NCBI GenBank assembly: GCA_050294405.1 | Contig: JBNKOC010000016.1 | Coordinates: forward strand, 325,178 to 389,177 | Reading direction: 5' to 3' | DNA length: 64,000 nucleotides | Origin: Fibrobacteria bacterium | GTDB taxonomy: Bacteria; Fibrobacterota; Fibrobacteria; UBA11236; JADFYW01 | Shown here: one piece after another, positions 47,993 through 56,312 of the stretch | Position numbering within the stretch: position 1 is the first letter of the stretch | Layout: each line of letters opens with the position of its first letter | Program-made: the position numbers and the translations under genes | The notes under the pieces: model-generated | What the model was told of the DNA's origin: nothing | What the model saw: only the letters and a program-made list of their open reading frames with translations | Database searches by the model: none

Positions 47993-48859
47993 TTATTCAC
48001 CCAATTGCAAGCGGTGATAAGAAGAAATAACCAGGTTGTTCAGCTTTTGCTCTTTGCCCACTTTTTCCAAAAGTTTTTGGATAGTAAGTTTAGAGTCTTT
48101 TACAAAGATTTGTTGGTTCAGGCAGTTTTCTTTATAAAACTTGCTGATACGGCCTTGAATGATTTTATCGGCGAATTCAGCAGGCTTGCCTTCGGCTATG
48201 GCTTGTTCTTTGTAGATTTCTTTTTCTTTTTCCAACACGTCGGCAGGAATGCCTTCAGGGTCCAAAGCTAAAGGATTGGTGGCAGCAACCTGCATGGCCA
48301 AGTCCCGGGCCAATTCGCCGATGGCAGCAGAATCAGTAATGGCATTATCAGCTGCAATTTTAACAATTACTCCTATTTTTCCACCCATATGAGAATAGGT
48401 TTCGGCAAATTCGTTAGGTCCGGTTTTTTCGTGAACAAAACGACGGATAGCGATGTTCTCACCTGTTTTTGCAATCACTTCGGTGTTGATATCGGCGATG
48501 GATTTTCCTTCGTATTGAGAAGTTTTCATTGCTTCTAAATCAGCAGGTTTGTTTTCCAAAATAGCTTTTACCAAAAGGTTGCCGAACATATTAAAATCAT
48601 CGTTGGCAGCTACAAAGTCTGTTTCGCAATTAAGTTCAACAGCAACAATGTCGTTGTCTTTTTGTGATAAAAAGATTTTACCTTCTTTGGCTTCGCGGCC
48701 AGAGCGTTTTGCGGCCACGGCAGCGCCTTGCTTGCGAAGAAGCTCAACGGCTTTTTCCACATCGCCGCCGGTTTCGGACAATGCTTTTTTACATTGCATC
48801 ATGCCCAAGCCGGTTAGCTCTCTTAAATCTTTTACCTGAGATGCGGTAATAGTACTCAT
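47993..48859 (-). CDS. tsf: Elongation factor Ts
   Basis: VKDLRELTG.GMM.CKKAL and ELNCETDFVA. Confidence 0.98.
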   Translation of the reverse strand: MSTITASQVKDLRELTGLGMMQCKKALSETGGDVEKAVELLRKQGAAVAAKRSGREAKEGKIFLSQKDNDIVAVELNCETDFVAANDDFNMFGNLLVKAILENKPADLEAMKTSQYEGKSIADINTEVIAKTGENIAIRRFVHEKTGPNEFAETYSHMGGKIGVIVKIAADNAITDSAAIGELARDLAMQVAATNPLALDPEGIPADVLEKEKEIYKEQAIAEGKPAEFADKIIQGRISKFYKENCLNQQIFVKDSKLTIQKLLEKVGKEQKLNNLVISSYHRLQLGE

Positions 48860-48863
48860 GTTA

Positions 48864-49655
48864 TTATCCCTCTTTTCCTTGTTTTCCAGCTACGGCTACA
48901 GCTTCCTCTTCTTCTTCGGCTTTGGCATCCGGAGCGGAGCTTTGAGTTGCTGGAGCTTCATCAGCGTCTTTAAATTGTTCGGATTGTTCTATTACATTTT
49001 CTGCAATGTAGTTAAGTATCAAATTAACAGACTTGATGGCATCATCATTTCCGGGAATGGGAAAATCAATATCATCTGGGTTTGTATTTGTGTCTACAAT
49101 GGCAGCAATTGGAATGTTTAATCTTTTGGCTTCGCGAACAGCGATGTGTTCGTGTTTAATGTCTACGATAAACAAAAGGCCGGGAAGGTTGGTCATTTTG
49201 CGGATACCGCCCAAAACATCTTCCAGTTTTTGACGTTGCTTGTTAATGGCCAATACCTGTTTTTTCTTAAGTTCTTTGTGAACTCCATCCGCCTCGTCTT
49301 TTTCAATTTTGTCCAGTTTGGCAATGGACTTGCGGACAGTGGAGAAGTTGGTGAGCATGCCGCCCAACCATCTTTCTGTTACGTAAAAAGAATTGCTTCT
49401 TTCGGCGTGTTCTTTAATGCAATGGCGAACAGATTTTTTAGTTCCTACAAAAAGAATTTTTTTACGGGAGCTAACTGTTCTTTGAATGCCTTGAATAGCT
49501 TTTTCCAGGCATTTTTCAGTTTTACTCAAATCGATGATGTGAATGCCATTTTTTTCGGCGAGGATGAATTTCTTCATCTTGGGGTTCCAACGCAAGGTCT
49601 GGTGACCAAAGTGCACCCCAGCAGTTAACATTTCTTTAATGTTTGGTGCTTTCAT
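48864..49655 (-). CDS. rpsB: 30S ribosomal protein S2
   Basis: GVHFGH...WNPKM, RWLGGMLTN and IPGNDD. Confidence 0.98.
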   Translation of the reverse strand: MKAPNIKEMLTAGVHFGHQTLRWNPKMKKFILAEKNGIHIIDLSKTEKCLEKAIQGIQRTVSSRKKILFVGTKKSVRHCIKEHAERSNSFYVTERWLGGMLTNFSTVRKSIAKLDKIEKDEADGVHKELKKKQVLAINKQRQKLEDVLGGIRKMTNLPGLLFIVDIKHEHIAVREAKRLNIPIAAIVDTNTNPDDIDFPIPGNDDAIKSVNLILNYIAENVIEQSEQFKDADEAPATQSSAPDAKAEEEEEAVAVAGKQGKEG

Positions 49656-49670
49656 GTTTTTTCCTTTTTT

Positions 49671-49735
49671 AAACTTCCAGGCTGCCGCTTTTCACCCGTA
49701 TTGGGCAGGAAAATATGTTGGCAGTCTGTGTTTTT
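49671..49735 (-). promoter_or_regulatory. Probable rpsB leader (S2 autoregulatory, t44-like) hairpin
   Basis: Minus strand ACACAGACTGCC...GGCAGCCTGGAAG closes a stem directly upstream of rpsB, matching the position and end motifs of rpsB leaders. Confidence 0.5.
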
Positions 49736-49816
49736 TCTTAGTTAAGTGAAAATGAGTTTCTCAATAAGTGGCTTTGTGATCCCTTTAGTAAGAAACTCGA
49801 AAAGTGAAATAAAAAA

Positions 49817-50230
49817 CTATCTCTTAGAGAACTGGTAACGTTTTCTGGCTTTTGCACGGCCATATACTTTACGCAATACAGAACGAGAGTCTCTGGTTAA
49901 AAGGCCAGCGGCTCTTAAAGGACGGCGATTTTCTTCGTTAAATAATACCAAAGCTCTGGAAATTCCCAATTTAACCGCTTCGGCCTGGCCAGCGATTCCG
50001 CCGCCATTCACATTAACGCGAACATCCCATTCGTCAGAATTTTCCAAAACAGAAAAAGGCTGATTTACAACCACTTCTTTAGTGGGAGTTTGAAAATAAT
50101 CGGCAAAGGAACGGCCATTTACTGTTCTTTTACCTTGGCCCGGAGTAATGATAACGCGGGCAATGGCTCTTTTTCTGCGACCTACGGCGCGGTAAGCGGC
50201 GCTAGTATTTTTTTTAGTTTTTGCTGTCAT
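49817..50230 (-). CDS. rpsI: 30S ribosomal protein S9
   Basis: GRRKRAIARV, GGG..GQA and QFSKR terminus. Confidence 0.98.
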   Translation of the reverse strand: MTAKTKKNTSAAYRAVGRRKRAIARVIITPGQGKRTVNGRSFADYFQTPTKEVVVNQPFSVLENSDEWDVRVNVNGGGIAGQAEAVKLGISRALVLFNEENRRPLRAAGLLTRDSRSVLRKVYGRAKARKRYQFSKR

Positions 50231-50254
50231 AAGCTAAAAATAGGCTCCTTTTAA

Positions 50255-50683
50255 TTAGATGGCACAGGGCTCGGGTTTCTGAGCAACATGAGGGTGGCTT
50301 TCGCCAGCATATACATGCAGTTTTCGGAACATGGCCCGGCCACGGGAATTTTTAGGCAACATTCCCCTAATGGCGTTTACCACAGGGGTAATGCCGTCTT
50401 TTTCAAGGGCTTGTTGAAAGCTGATAATTTTTTCACCGCCTGGGTAGGTGGAATGTCTGAAATAAGTTTTTTCCAGCGCTTTATTACCTGTAACTTTAAT
50501 TTCTTTGGCGTTGATAATGATAACATTGTCGCCAGCATCGATGTTTGTGCTAAATGTGGGCTTGTTTTTGCCTTGTAAGATATAGGCGGCTTTAGAAGCC
50601 AAACGGCCCAGAATCTGGTCTTTGGCATCAATAATATGCCATTTGCGAACCAAACTGTTTTTGTTAACCATTTCCGTTTTCAT
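50255..50683 (-). CDS. rplM: 50S ribosomal protein L13
   Basis: WHIIDA...LGRLAS, GMLPK and HPH.AQKP. Confidence 0.98.
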   Translation of the reverse strand: MKTEMVNKNSLVRKWHIIDAKDQILGRLASKAAYILQGKNKPTFSTNIDAGDNVIIINAKEIKVTGNKALEKTYFRHSTYPGGEKIISFQQALEKDGITPVVNAIRGMLPKNSRGRAMFRKLHVYAGESHPHVAQKPEPCAI

Positions 50684-50762
50684 GATAAATCCTTAAATTT
50701 TGGGGAGGAAATTTAATTCGCCCACTAATATTGGTCAAGTTTTGTATTAAAATCCATAAAAA

Positions 50763-52220
50763 TTATGCATTATAGGTGCTGGAAGCCGTGCTTCCACCCC
50801 TTCCAGTCCAGTTTGTGTGAAAAAATTCGCCTCTGGGTTTATCCAGCCGTTCGTAAGTGTGGGCTCCAAAATAGTCCCTTTGGGCTTGTAAAAGGTTGGC
50901 GGGGAGCCTGGCGCTGCGATAACCGTCAAAATAGGCTAAAGCCGTGGACATGGCCGGAGTGGGAATTCCATGGCAAATGCCATCGGCTAAAATACGACGC
51001 CAGCCAGTTTGGGATTTGTCGTTAATTTCCACAAAAAACGGCGCTAGCAGTAGGTTTTCCAATTCAGGGTTGGTGTCAAAGGCTGCTTTAATATCCCCCA
51101 AAAAGGTGCTGCGGATAATACAACCGCCCCGCCACATTAAGGCGATTTCACCGTAATTGAGTTTCCAGCCAAATTCCTTAGCCGCAGAGGCTATTAAGGT
51201 GAAGCCCTGAGCATAAGACACAACTTTACTGGCGTAAAGGGCCTTGCGGATATTTTCCACAGCTTCTTTTTTATCTCCAGTAAAAGGAATGGTTTTGCCG
51301 CCAATAATTTCGCTAGCCCGAACTCTTTCGTCTTTTAAGGCAGACAGACAGCGGGCAAATACAGCTTCTCCAATTAAGGTCACAGGGATACCGTGATCTA
51401 AAGACACCGTGGTGGTCCACTTTCCAGTGCCTTTTTGGCCAGCTTTATCTAAAATCAAATCAAGAACTTCTTTTCCGCTCTCTTCGTCTTGCTTGCGCAG
51501 AATATCGGCGGTGATTTCGATGAGATAGCTACTGAGTTCGCCGGCATTCCATTCGCTGAACACATCCGCCATTTCGCTGTTGCTCATGCCCAGCATTTCT
51601 TTCATCAACTGATAGGCTTCGCAAATAAGCTGCATGTCGCCATATTCAATGCCATTGTGCACCATTTTTACAAAATGCCCGGCTCCTTCAGGACCCACCC
51701 ATTCGCAACAGGGGGAGCCATCTTCCACTTTGGCGCATATGCTTTGGAAAATGTCTTTTACATGGGGCCAGGCCTTTTCAGAGCCGCCAGGCATCATGGA
51801 GGGCCCTTTTAAAGCTCCTTCTTCGCCGCCGGAAACTCCGGTGCCGATAAACAACAAGCCTTTTTCTTCCAGATATTTGCTGCGGCGGTTGGAGTCTGGG
51901 AAATGAGAGTTGCCTCCGTCGATAATAATATCGCCAGGTTCCAAGTGGGGAAGGAGTTGTTCAATAAGGGCGTCTACCACAGGGCCGGCTTTTACCATCA
52001 TCATAAGTTTTCGGGGACGTTTTAATTTGGAAACCATCTCTTCTATGGAATGAGCCCCCACAAATTTTTTGCCCTTGCCGCGGCCATTTACAAATTCATC
52101 TACCTTTGATGTGGTACGATTGTAAACACAAACTGTGAAACCCTTGCTTTCCATATTGAGAACCAGGTTTTCGCCCATAACAGCCAGGCCAATTAATCCG
52201 ATATCTGCCAATTCACTCAC
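50763..52220 (-). CDS. gnd: 6-phosphogluconate dehydrogenase, decarboxylating (NADP+)
   Basis: GLAVMGENL, VSGGEEGA, KMVHNGIEY and AQRDYFGAHTY. Confidence 0.98.
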   Translation of the reverse strand: MSELADIGLIGLAVMGENLVLNMESKGFTVCVYNRTTSKVDEFVNGRGKGKKFVGAHSIEEMVSKLKRPRKLMMMVKAGPVVDALIEQLLPHLEPGDIIIDGGNSHFPDSNRRSKYLEEKGLLFIGTGVSGGEEGALKGPSMMPGGSEKAWPHVKDIFQSICAKVEDGSPCCEWVGPEGAGHFVKMVHNGIEYGDMQLICEAYQLMKEMLGMSNSEMADVFSEWNAGELSSYLIEITADILRKQDEESGKEVLDLILDKAGQKGTGKWTTTVSLDHGIPVTLIGEAVFARCLSALKDERVRASEIIGGKTIPFTGDKKEAVENIRKALYASKVVSYAQGFTLIASAAKEFGWKLNYGEIALMWRGGCIIRSTFLGDIKAAFDTNPELENLLLAPFFVEINDKSQTGWRRILADGICHGIPTPAMSTALAYFDGYRSARLPANLLQAQRDYFGAHTYERLDKPRGEFFHTNWTGRGGSTASSTYNA

Positions 52221-52477
52221 ATGCCACTCCTTTTTAATTCAATGCGGCTAACATAGTAAAATTAGCCTTAAGATGGGGGTGGCCCGTTAAAAATATCTGC
52301 CAGGAGTTGGATAAAAAACCGGGGCGTTTTTATGATGCCGGCCAAAAAAAATGACAAAAGCAGCCAAATTACTTCCACAATATTTTTTACCCGACCTTCT
52401 GAAAGAATGCTTTACTATACATTCTTTTTTTTTAGCGTTTGCGCAATTTCTTGTAACCCAAGAGACTGAAATCACCT

Positions 52478-52672
52478 CCAGTGGCCCACAGTTCAAGGTA
52501 TAGAGGATGGAGCGGCTTGTGAAAAGGTTAAAATGAATTACATTTTGATTTCCTTGAGGCGCAATCAGAAAGGAAACACCCACTGTTTTTACAATGATGT
52601 TGGCGTGTAAAATGTCGGCTCCGTGAGGTTGTATATGCGACGGCCCCTGCAAGGGAAGTGGCCGACAACTGG
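52478..52672 (+). ncRNA. Candidate ~195-nt structured RNA, possibly 6S RNA
   Basis: Ends pair (CCAGT/ACTGG, GGC.CAC/GTGGCC); inner stem 52507-16 with 52614-24; G.U pairs favour the + strand. Confidence 0.45.
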
Positions 52673-52690
52673 GCTAGCATAAGGCCTTAA

Positions 52691-53443
52691 TTACCACTTA
52701 GCCTCGTAGCCTGGGTGGGCAAAGTTCCAGGATTTGTCATAAACATGCACTTGCTTGGTGGGCGAGGTTTTGCCCTTGCCTTCGCTTTTTTCAAGGGGCC
52801 CATTAACATGGGTCCAGGCTAAAATGCCGCCTTCCAGATTTTTTACCTGAAGTTTTTTTTGCAAAAGCACCTCGGCATAAAGTCCTGAGCGGTAGCCTAT
52901 AGTGCAATATGTTATTAACGTTTTGCCTTTTAGCAACCGAGGGTCCCGGTAATTTTGCGACAGTTCGTAGGGCGAAATGGCCCCGGGCAACATGGAAACA
53001 TTTTGTTCCACCTCTTCGCGTACATCCACTAAAATAATGTTGCTGTCCTTATAAATTTTAAGGAGTTCCTCTGCTTTGATGGTGGGCACATGGATATCCT
53101 TAGTTTGTTCCAGATAATTAAGGCGCATTTGCTGGGCCAAATACTCAGCGTTGCTGTCATTTTTGCTGCTGTCTCCCACAATCTGGTCCGCCAAATCATT
53201 TAGGGTTTCCATAATTATTTTACCGGTTTTCTTAAGTAGGGCTGAAGCGCTATCTTTCTGGTAGGATAGGGAGTTGGGCGCCTGCCAATAAGTGCTTTCC
53301 GCTGAAGTGTGGGCGCTATCGGAATGCCCGCCGGTTAAACCAGGGTCGGTGTTTTTGTTTTGAGCCCATAAAAGGCATCCAAAGGCGGCAAAAAGGAGTA
53401 TTACAGCCGCTTTTTTTATGCCGATTTTTACTGTATTTACCAC
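52691..53443 (-). CDS. Exported rhodanese-like protein
   Basis: VDVRE.E..VSMLPGAI, YCTIGYRS and NLEGGILAW. Confidence 0.85.
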   Translation of the reverse strand: MVNTVKIGIKKAAVILLFAAFGCLLWAQNKNTDPGLTGGHSDSAHTSAESTYWQAPNSLSYQKDSASALLKKTGKIIMETLNDLADQIVGDSSKNDSNAEYLAQQMRLNYLEQTKDIHVPTIKAEELLKIYKDSNIILVDVREEVEQNVSMLPGAISPYELSQNYRDPRLLKGKTLITYCTIGYRSGLYAEVLLQKKLQVKNLEGGILAWTHVNGPLEKSEGKGKTSPTKQVHVYDKSWNFAHPGYEAKW

Positions 53444-53543
53444 AGCTAAGGATTCTCCAAAAGACTATTGATTTTTTCCTCCAGGTTAATCCATAATAAA
53501 TAAAATACTCTTAAAAATATCCTGCCATGGGAGGCAAAATAAA

Positions 53544-54176
53544 ATGAAAAAGTTACTTCTATTTGGTTTTGCAGCAGCAATTGCCTTTTGGGGCTGTGAA
53601 AAAATCCAAACTAAAAAATCCAAATGGCCTAATGGCAAGATGAAAGAAGAGTATGAAGTTACCCAGGATGAATTTGGAGAGTACGTAAAAAACGGAACCT
53701 ACAAATCCTGGTACGAAAATGGACAGCTTCAGCACGAGATTCACTACCTGGACGACAAAAAACACGGACTCCAAAAGTCCTACTATGAAAACGGCCAAAT
53801 GGAGAGGGAAGAGAACTATTTATTTGGGAAATTAAGCGGAAAAAAGAAAAACTGGTCTGTAGACGGGGCCCCGGAATTAGAAGTGGATTTTGTGGATGGC
53901 AAGCAGCACGGAAAATTTTTGAGGTATCGCCAGAGCGGAAAAGTGCATCACGACATATCTTATGAGAATGGGGTAAAACATGGCCCCCATAAAATTTTCG
54001 ATGAGGAAGGAAATTTAGAGAAAGTCAGTTATTATGTGGAAGGCAAGCTATCCGATGCTCCGCCCGCAGATTCTTCTTCTGCCGCTGCCACAGCCCCTGA
54101 ATCCGGAGAGAATGCAGAGGCTGAGGAAGCTGGGAATGCATCAGCGGGTGAAGAAGAATCTTCCGAAAGCGAGTAA
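53544..54176 (+). CDS. MORN-variant repeat (YwqK-like) lipoprotein
   Basis: Lipobox FWGC; repeats of G.YKSWYENGQ...Y..GKKHG. Confidence 0.85.
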   Translation: MKKLLLFGFAAAIAFWGCEKIQTKKSKWPNGKMKEEYEVTQDEFGEYVKNGTYKSWYENGQLQHEIHYLDDKKHGLQKSYYENGQMEREENYLFGKLSGKKKNWSVDGAPELEVDFVDGKQHGKFLRYRQSGKVHHDISYENGVKHGPHKIFDEEGNLEKVSYYVEGKLSDAPPADSSSAAATAPESGENAEAEEAGNASAGEEESSESE

Positions 54177-54238
54177 TTTGATTTTTGGGGGCCATTGGGG
54201 TGGCCCTGGTGTTTATTTAAAGGCAAAGGCTTGCTAGT

Positions 54239-55846
54239 ATGGGGCAAAGGCATACCCGAGTTTTCATTTTAAACAAGCAACCTAACCACAACTCTATCCC
54301 CGATCTCATAAAAGACGCCAAAGACTTCCAGTTTTCCATTTTTAAAGACACAGAAGAGCTCATCAGCGAGTATGAGCATCGCAAGCCCTCAGCCCTGGTC
54401 TATTTTGCCCCCAGTTTAAATGGGGTCCATTTAAGCGAAATCACCATTAAGGATTCTGAATATCTGGTTAGCCAACATTCTCCTCTTGAGGTTCCCACTT
54501 TGGTGGTTTGCGATAAAAAGCAGGAAACCCGCTATTTAAGTGATGGCCATTTTAACCATAGGGTGGAGTTTTTGTTTCCTCCGGTGAGCCCGGATTATCT
54601 TACGGAAAAGTTACGGGGCCATATTAAAAAGGGCCACCGTCAGGCCGAGGACTCCTACAACCAATGGCGTTACGAGGAATTGGAAAAACAAAAGGCCTTT
54701 TTGGAAGACAAGGTTCGCAAGGCTCAAAGCATGGCCATGTTAGGGGAGCTTTCCAGTGGAGTGGTGCACGACGTAAACAATGTGTTGGGCGTTATTTTGG
54801 GCACAGCGGAAATAGCCCACTATCGTTTTGGAAAATTAAATCCCACTTTGGAAAAATATTTGAGCACCATTATTTCTATCACCAAACGGGCGGGAATTTT
54901 TAACAAGCGCATGTTGTCTTTAAGCAAAGGCGGGCGGCCCAAAATTGTGGAGTTTGATTTTCAATTACTGCTCGATGAAGTGCTGGAACTTTTATACCAC
55001 ACCATACCCAAAAAATTCCAAATTAAGCGGGATTTGCAGGCAGATTGCGTAACCTTAAAGGGAGACCCAGCCCTTATCCAGAATATTGTAATTAACATAA
55101 CCTTTAACGCCCGGGATGCCATGCCCAATGGGGGGGAAATATGTTATTCCACCCGCAATGTGAGACTTCATATTCCGGAGGTGGACCATTTTAACAACCA
55201 GATTCCCAGTGGCCCGTATCTGGAGTTGGTGATAAAAGACAATGGCATAGGCATGAACTCCGAAACCTTGAAAAAGATTTTCCAGCCTTTTTACACCACC
55301 AAGGCCGATGGCAAGGGAACGGGACTTGGGCTTTCCAATGTGGTTAAAAATGCCAGGGATCAAAAAGCCGGACTTTATGTATCTAGTGAATTGGGTGGGG
55401 GAACCAGTTTTCGCTTTTTGTTTCCAGTGGTGGGAGATGTGCCGGCAACTGAGGCCGATGGAAGCCGCAGGCTTCCCAAAGGTCAGGGCAAATTGCTAAT
55501 TGTGGATGACGAAAAAGATCTCCTGGAAATTTTACAGGAGATGTTAGTGGAATCCGGCTACGACGTGGTAAGCGTAAGCGATGGCATGGAGGCGTTAAAT
55601 TACTATAAGCAGCACCCTGGAGAATTGGACTTGGTAGTGGTGGACATGAATCTTCCCAAGCTTACGGGAAAAGAATGCTTTCGCTACTTAAAACAAATGG
55701 ACCCCAATGTAAAAGTGCTTTTGTCCACCGGGCTTAGCCTTAACGAGGATGCGGAAGATTTGATTCGCGAAGGGGTTTCCGGCTTTATTCAAAAGCCCTT
55801 TGAACTCAGCCAGTTTTTGGACATTATTGAAAAGATAATCCATTAA
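54239..55846 (+). CDS. Hybrid sensor histidine kinase / response regulator (cytoplasmic)
   Basis: H-box GVVHDVNN, NARDAMP, DNGIGM, FQPFYTTK and GTGLGL; C-terminal receiver; no TM segment. Confidence 0.95.
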   Translation: MGQRHTRVFILNKQPNHNSIPDLIKDAKDFQFSIFKDTEELISEYEHRKPSALVYFAPSLNGVHLSEITIKDSEYLVSQHSPLEVPTLVVCDKKQETRYLSDGHFNHRVEFLFPPVSPDYLTEKLRGHIKKGHRQAEDSYNQWRYEELEKQKAFLEDKVRKAQSMAMLGELSSGVVHDVNNVLGVILGTAEIAHYRFGKLNPTLEKYLSTIISITKRAGIFNKRMLSLSKGGRPKIVEFDFQLLLDEVLELLYHTIPKKFQIKRDLQADCVTLKGDPALIQNIVINITFNARDAMPNGGEICYSTRNVRLHIPEVDHFNNQIPSGPYLELVIKDNGIGMNSETLKKIFQPFYTTKADGKGTGLGLSNVVKNARDQKAGLYVSSELGGGTSFRFLFPVVGDVPATEADGSRRLPKGQGKLLIVDDEKDLLEILQEMLVESGYDVVSVSDGMEALNYYKQHPGELDLVVVDMNLPKLTGKECFRYLKQMDPNVKVLLSTGLSLNEDAEDLIREGVSGFIQKPFELSQFLDIIEKIIH

Positions 55847-56312
55847 TTTTTAGATACGCCATTCTTCTGCTTTGCGCTTCGGATAAAACTTATCCGTGAA
55901 GCTGCGGCCAGGTTAAAAGGGAGAACTTCGGCAATGGAGTACGACGAAGGCGAATAAAGTTTTAAAACAAGCTGAATTGCAAATTTATTTTGAGACGAAT
56001 TCTGATATTTTAAAGAATATATTATATTCTTTTATATTCATGTTTGCCGGGTTGACCTTGGTTCTTTAAGTTGGAGTTTTGGGATGAAAAACTAAATTTG
56101 TTAGAAGAGTTTACAAAAAACCATAGTGAAAGGGTGGGTTGCCTAATATTTTACTTAGCTTTGTCTAGCTTCCAATTACTTCCATCCCATTGAGCCGAAA
56201 ACACCTGCCCCCTTTTTTACCCTTCCATAAGGTTGGGGAAATCTGCATGAAGTGGAAAAAGCCCTAAATTTTCTGAGGCTTAAACGGGGGCTATTTTTCT
56301 AAATATGCTGTT

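Noticed and set aside
52287..52652. 121-aa minus-strand ORF
   Set aside because: TTG start, no SD and no recognisable motifs. The region is better explained as structured RNA plus promoters.
53544..54176. Toxin-antitoxin system (YwqK-like antitoxin)
   Set aside because: No adjacent toxin. MORN-variant lipoproteins are common as stand-alone genes.
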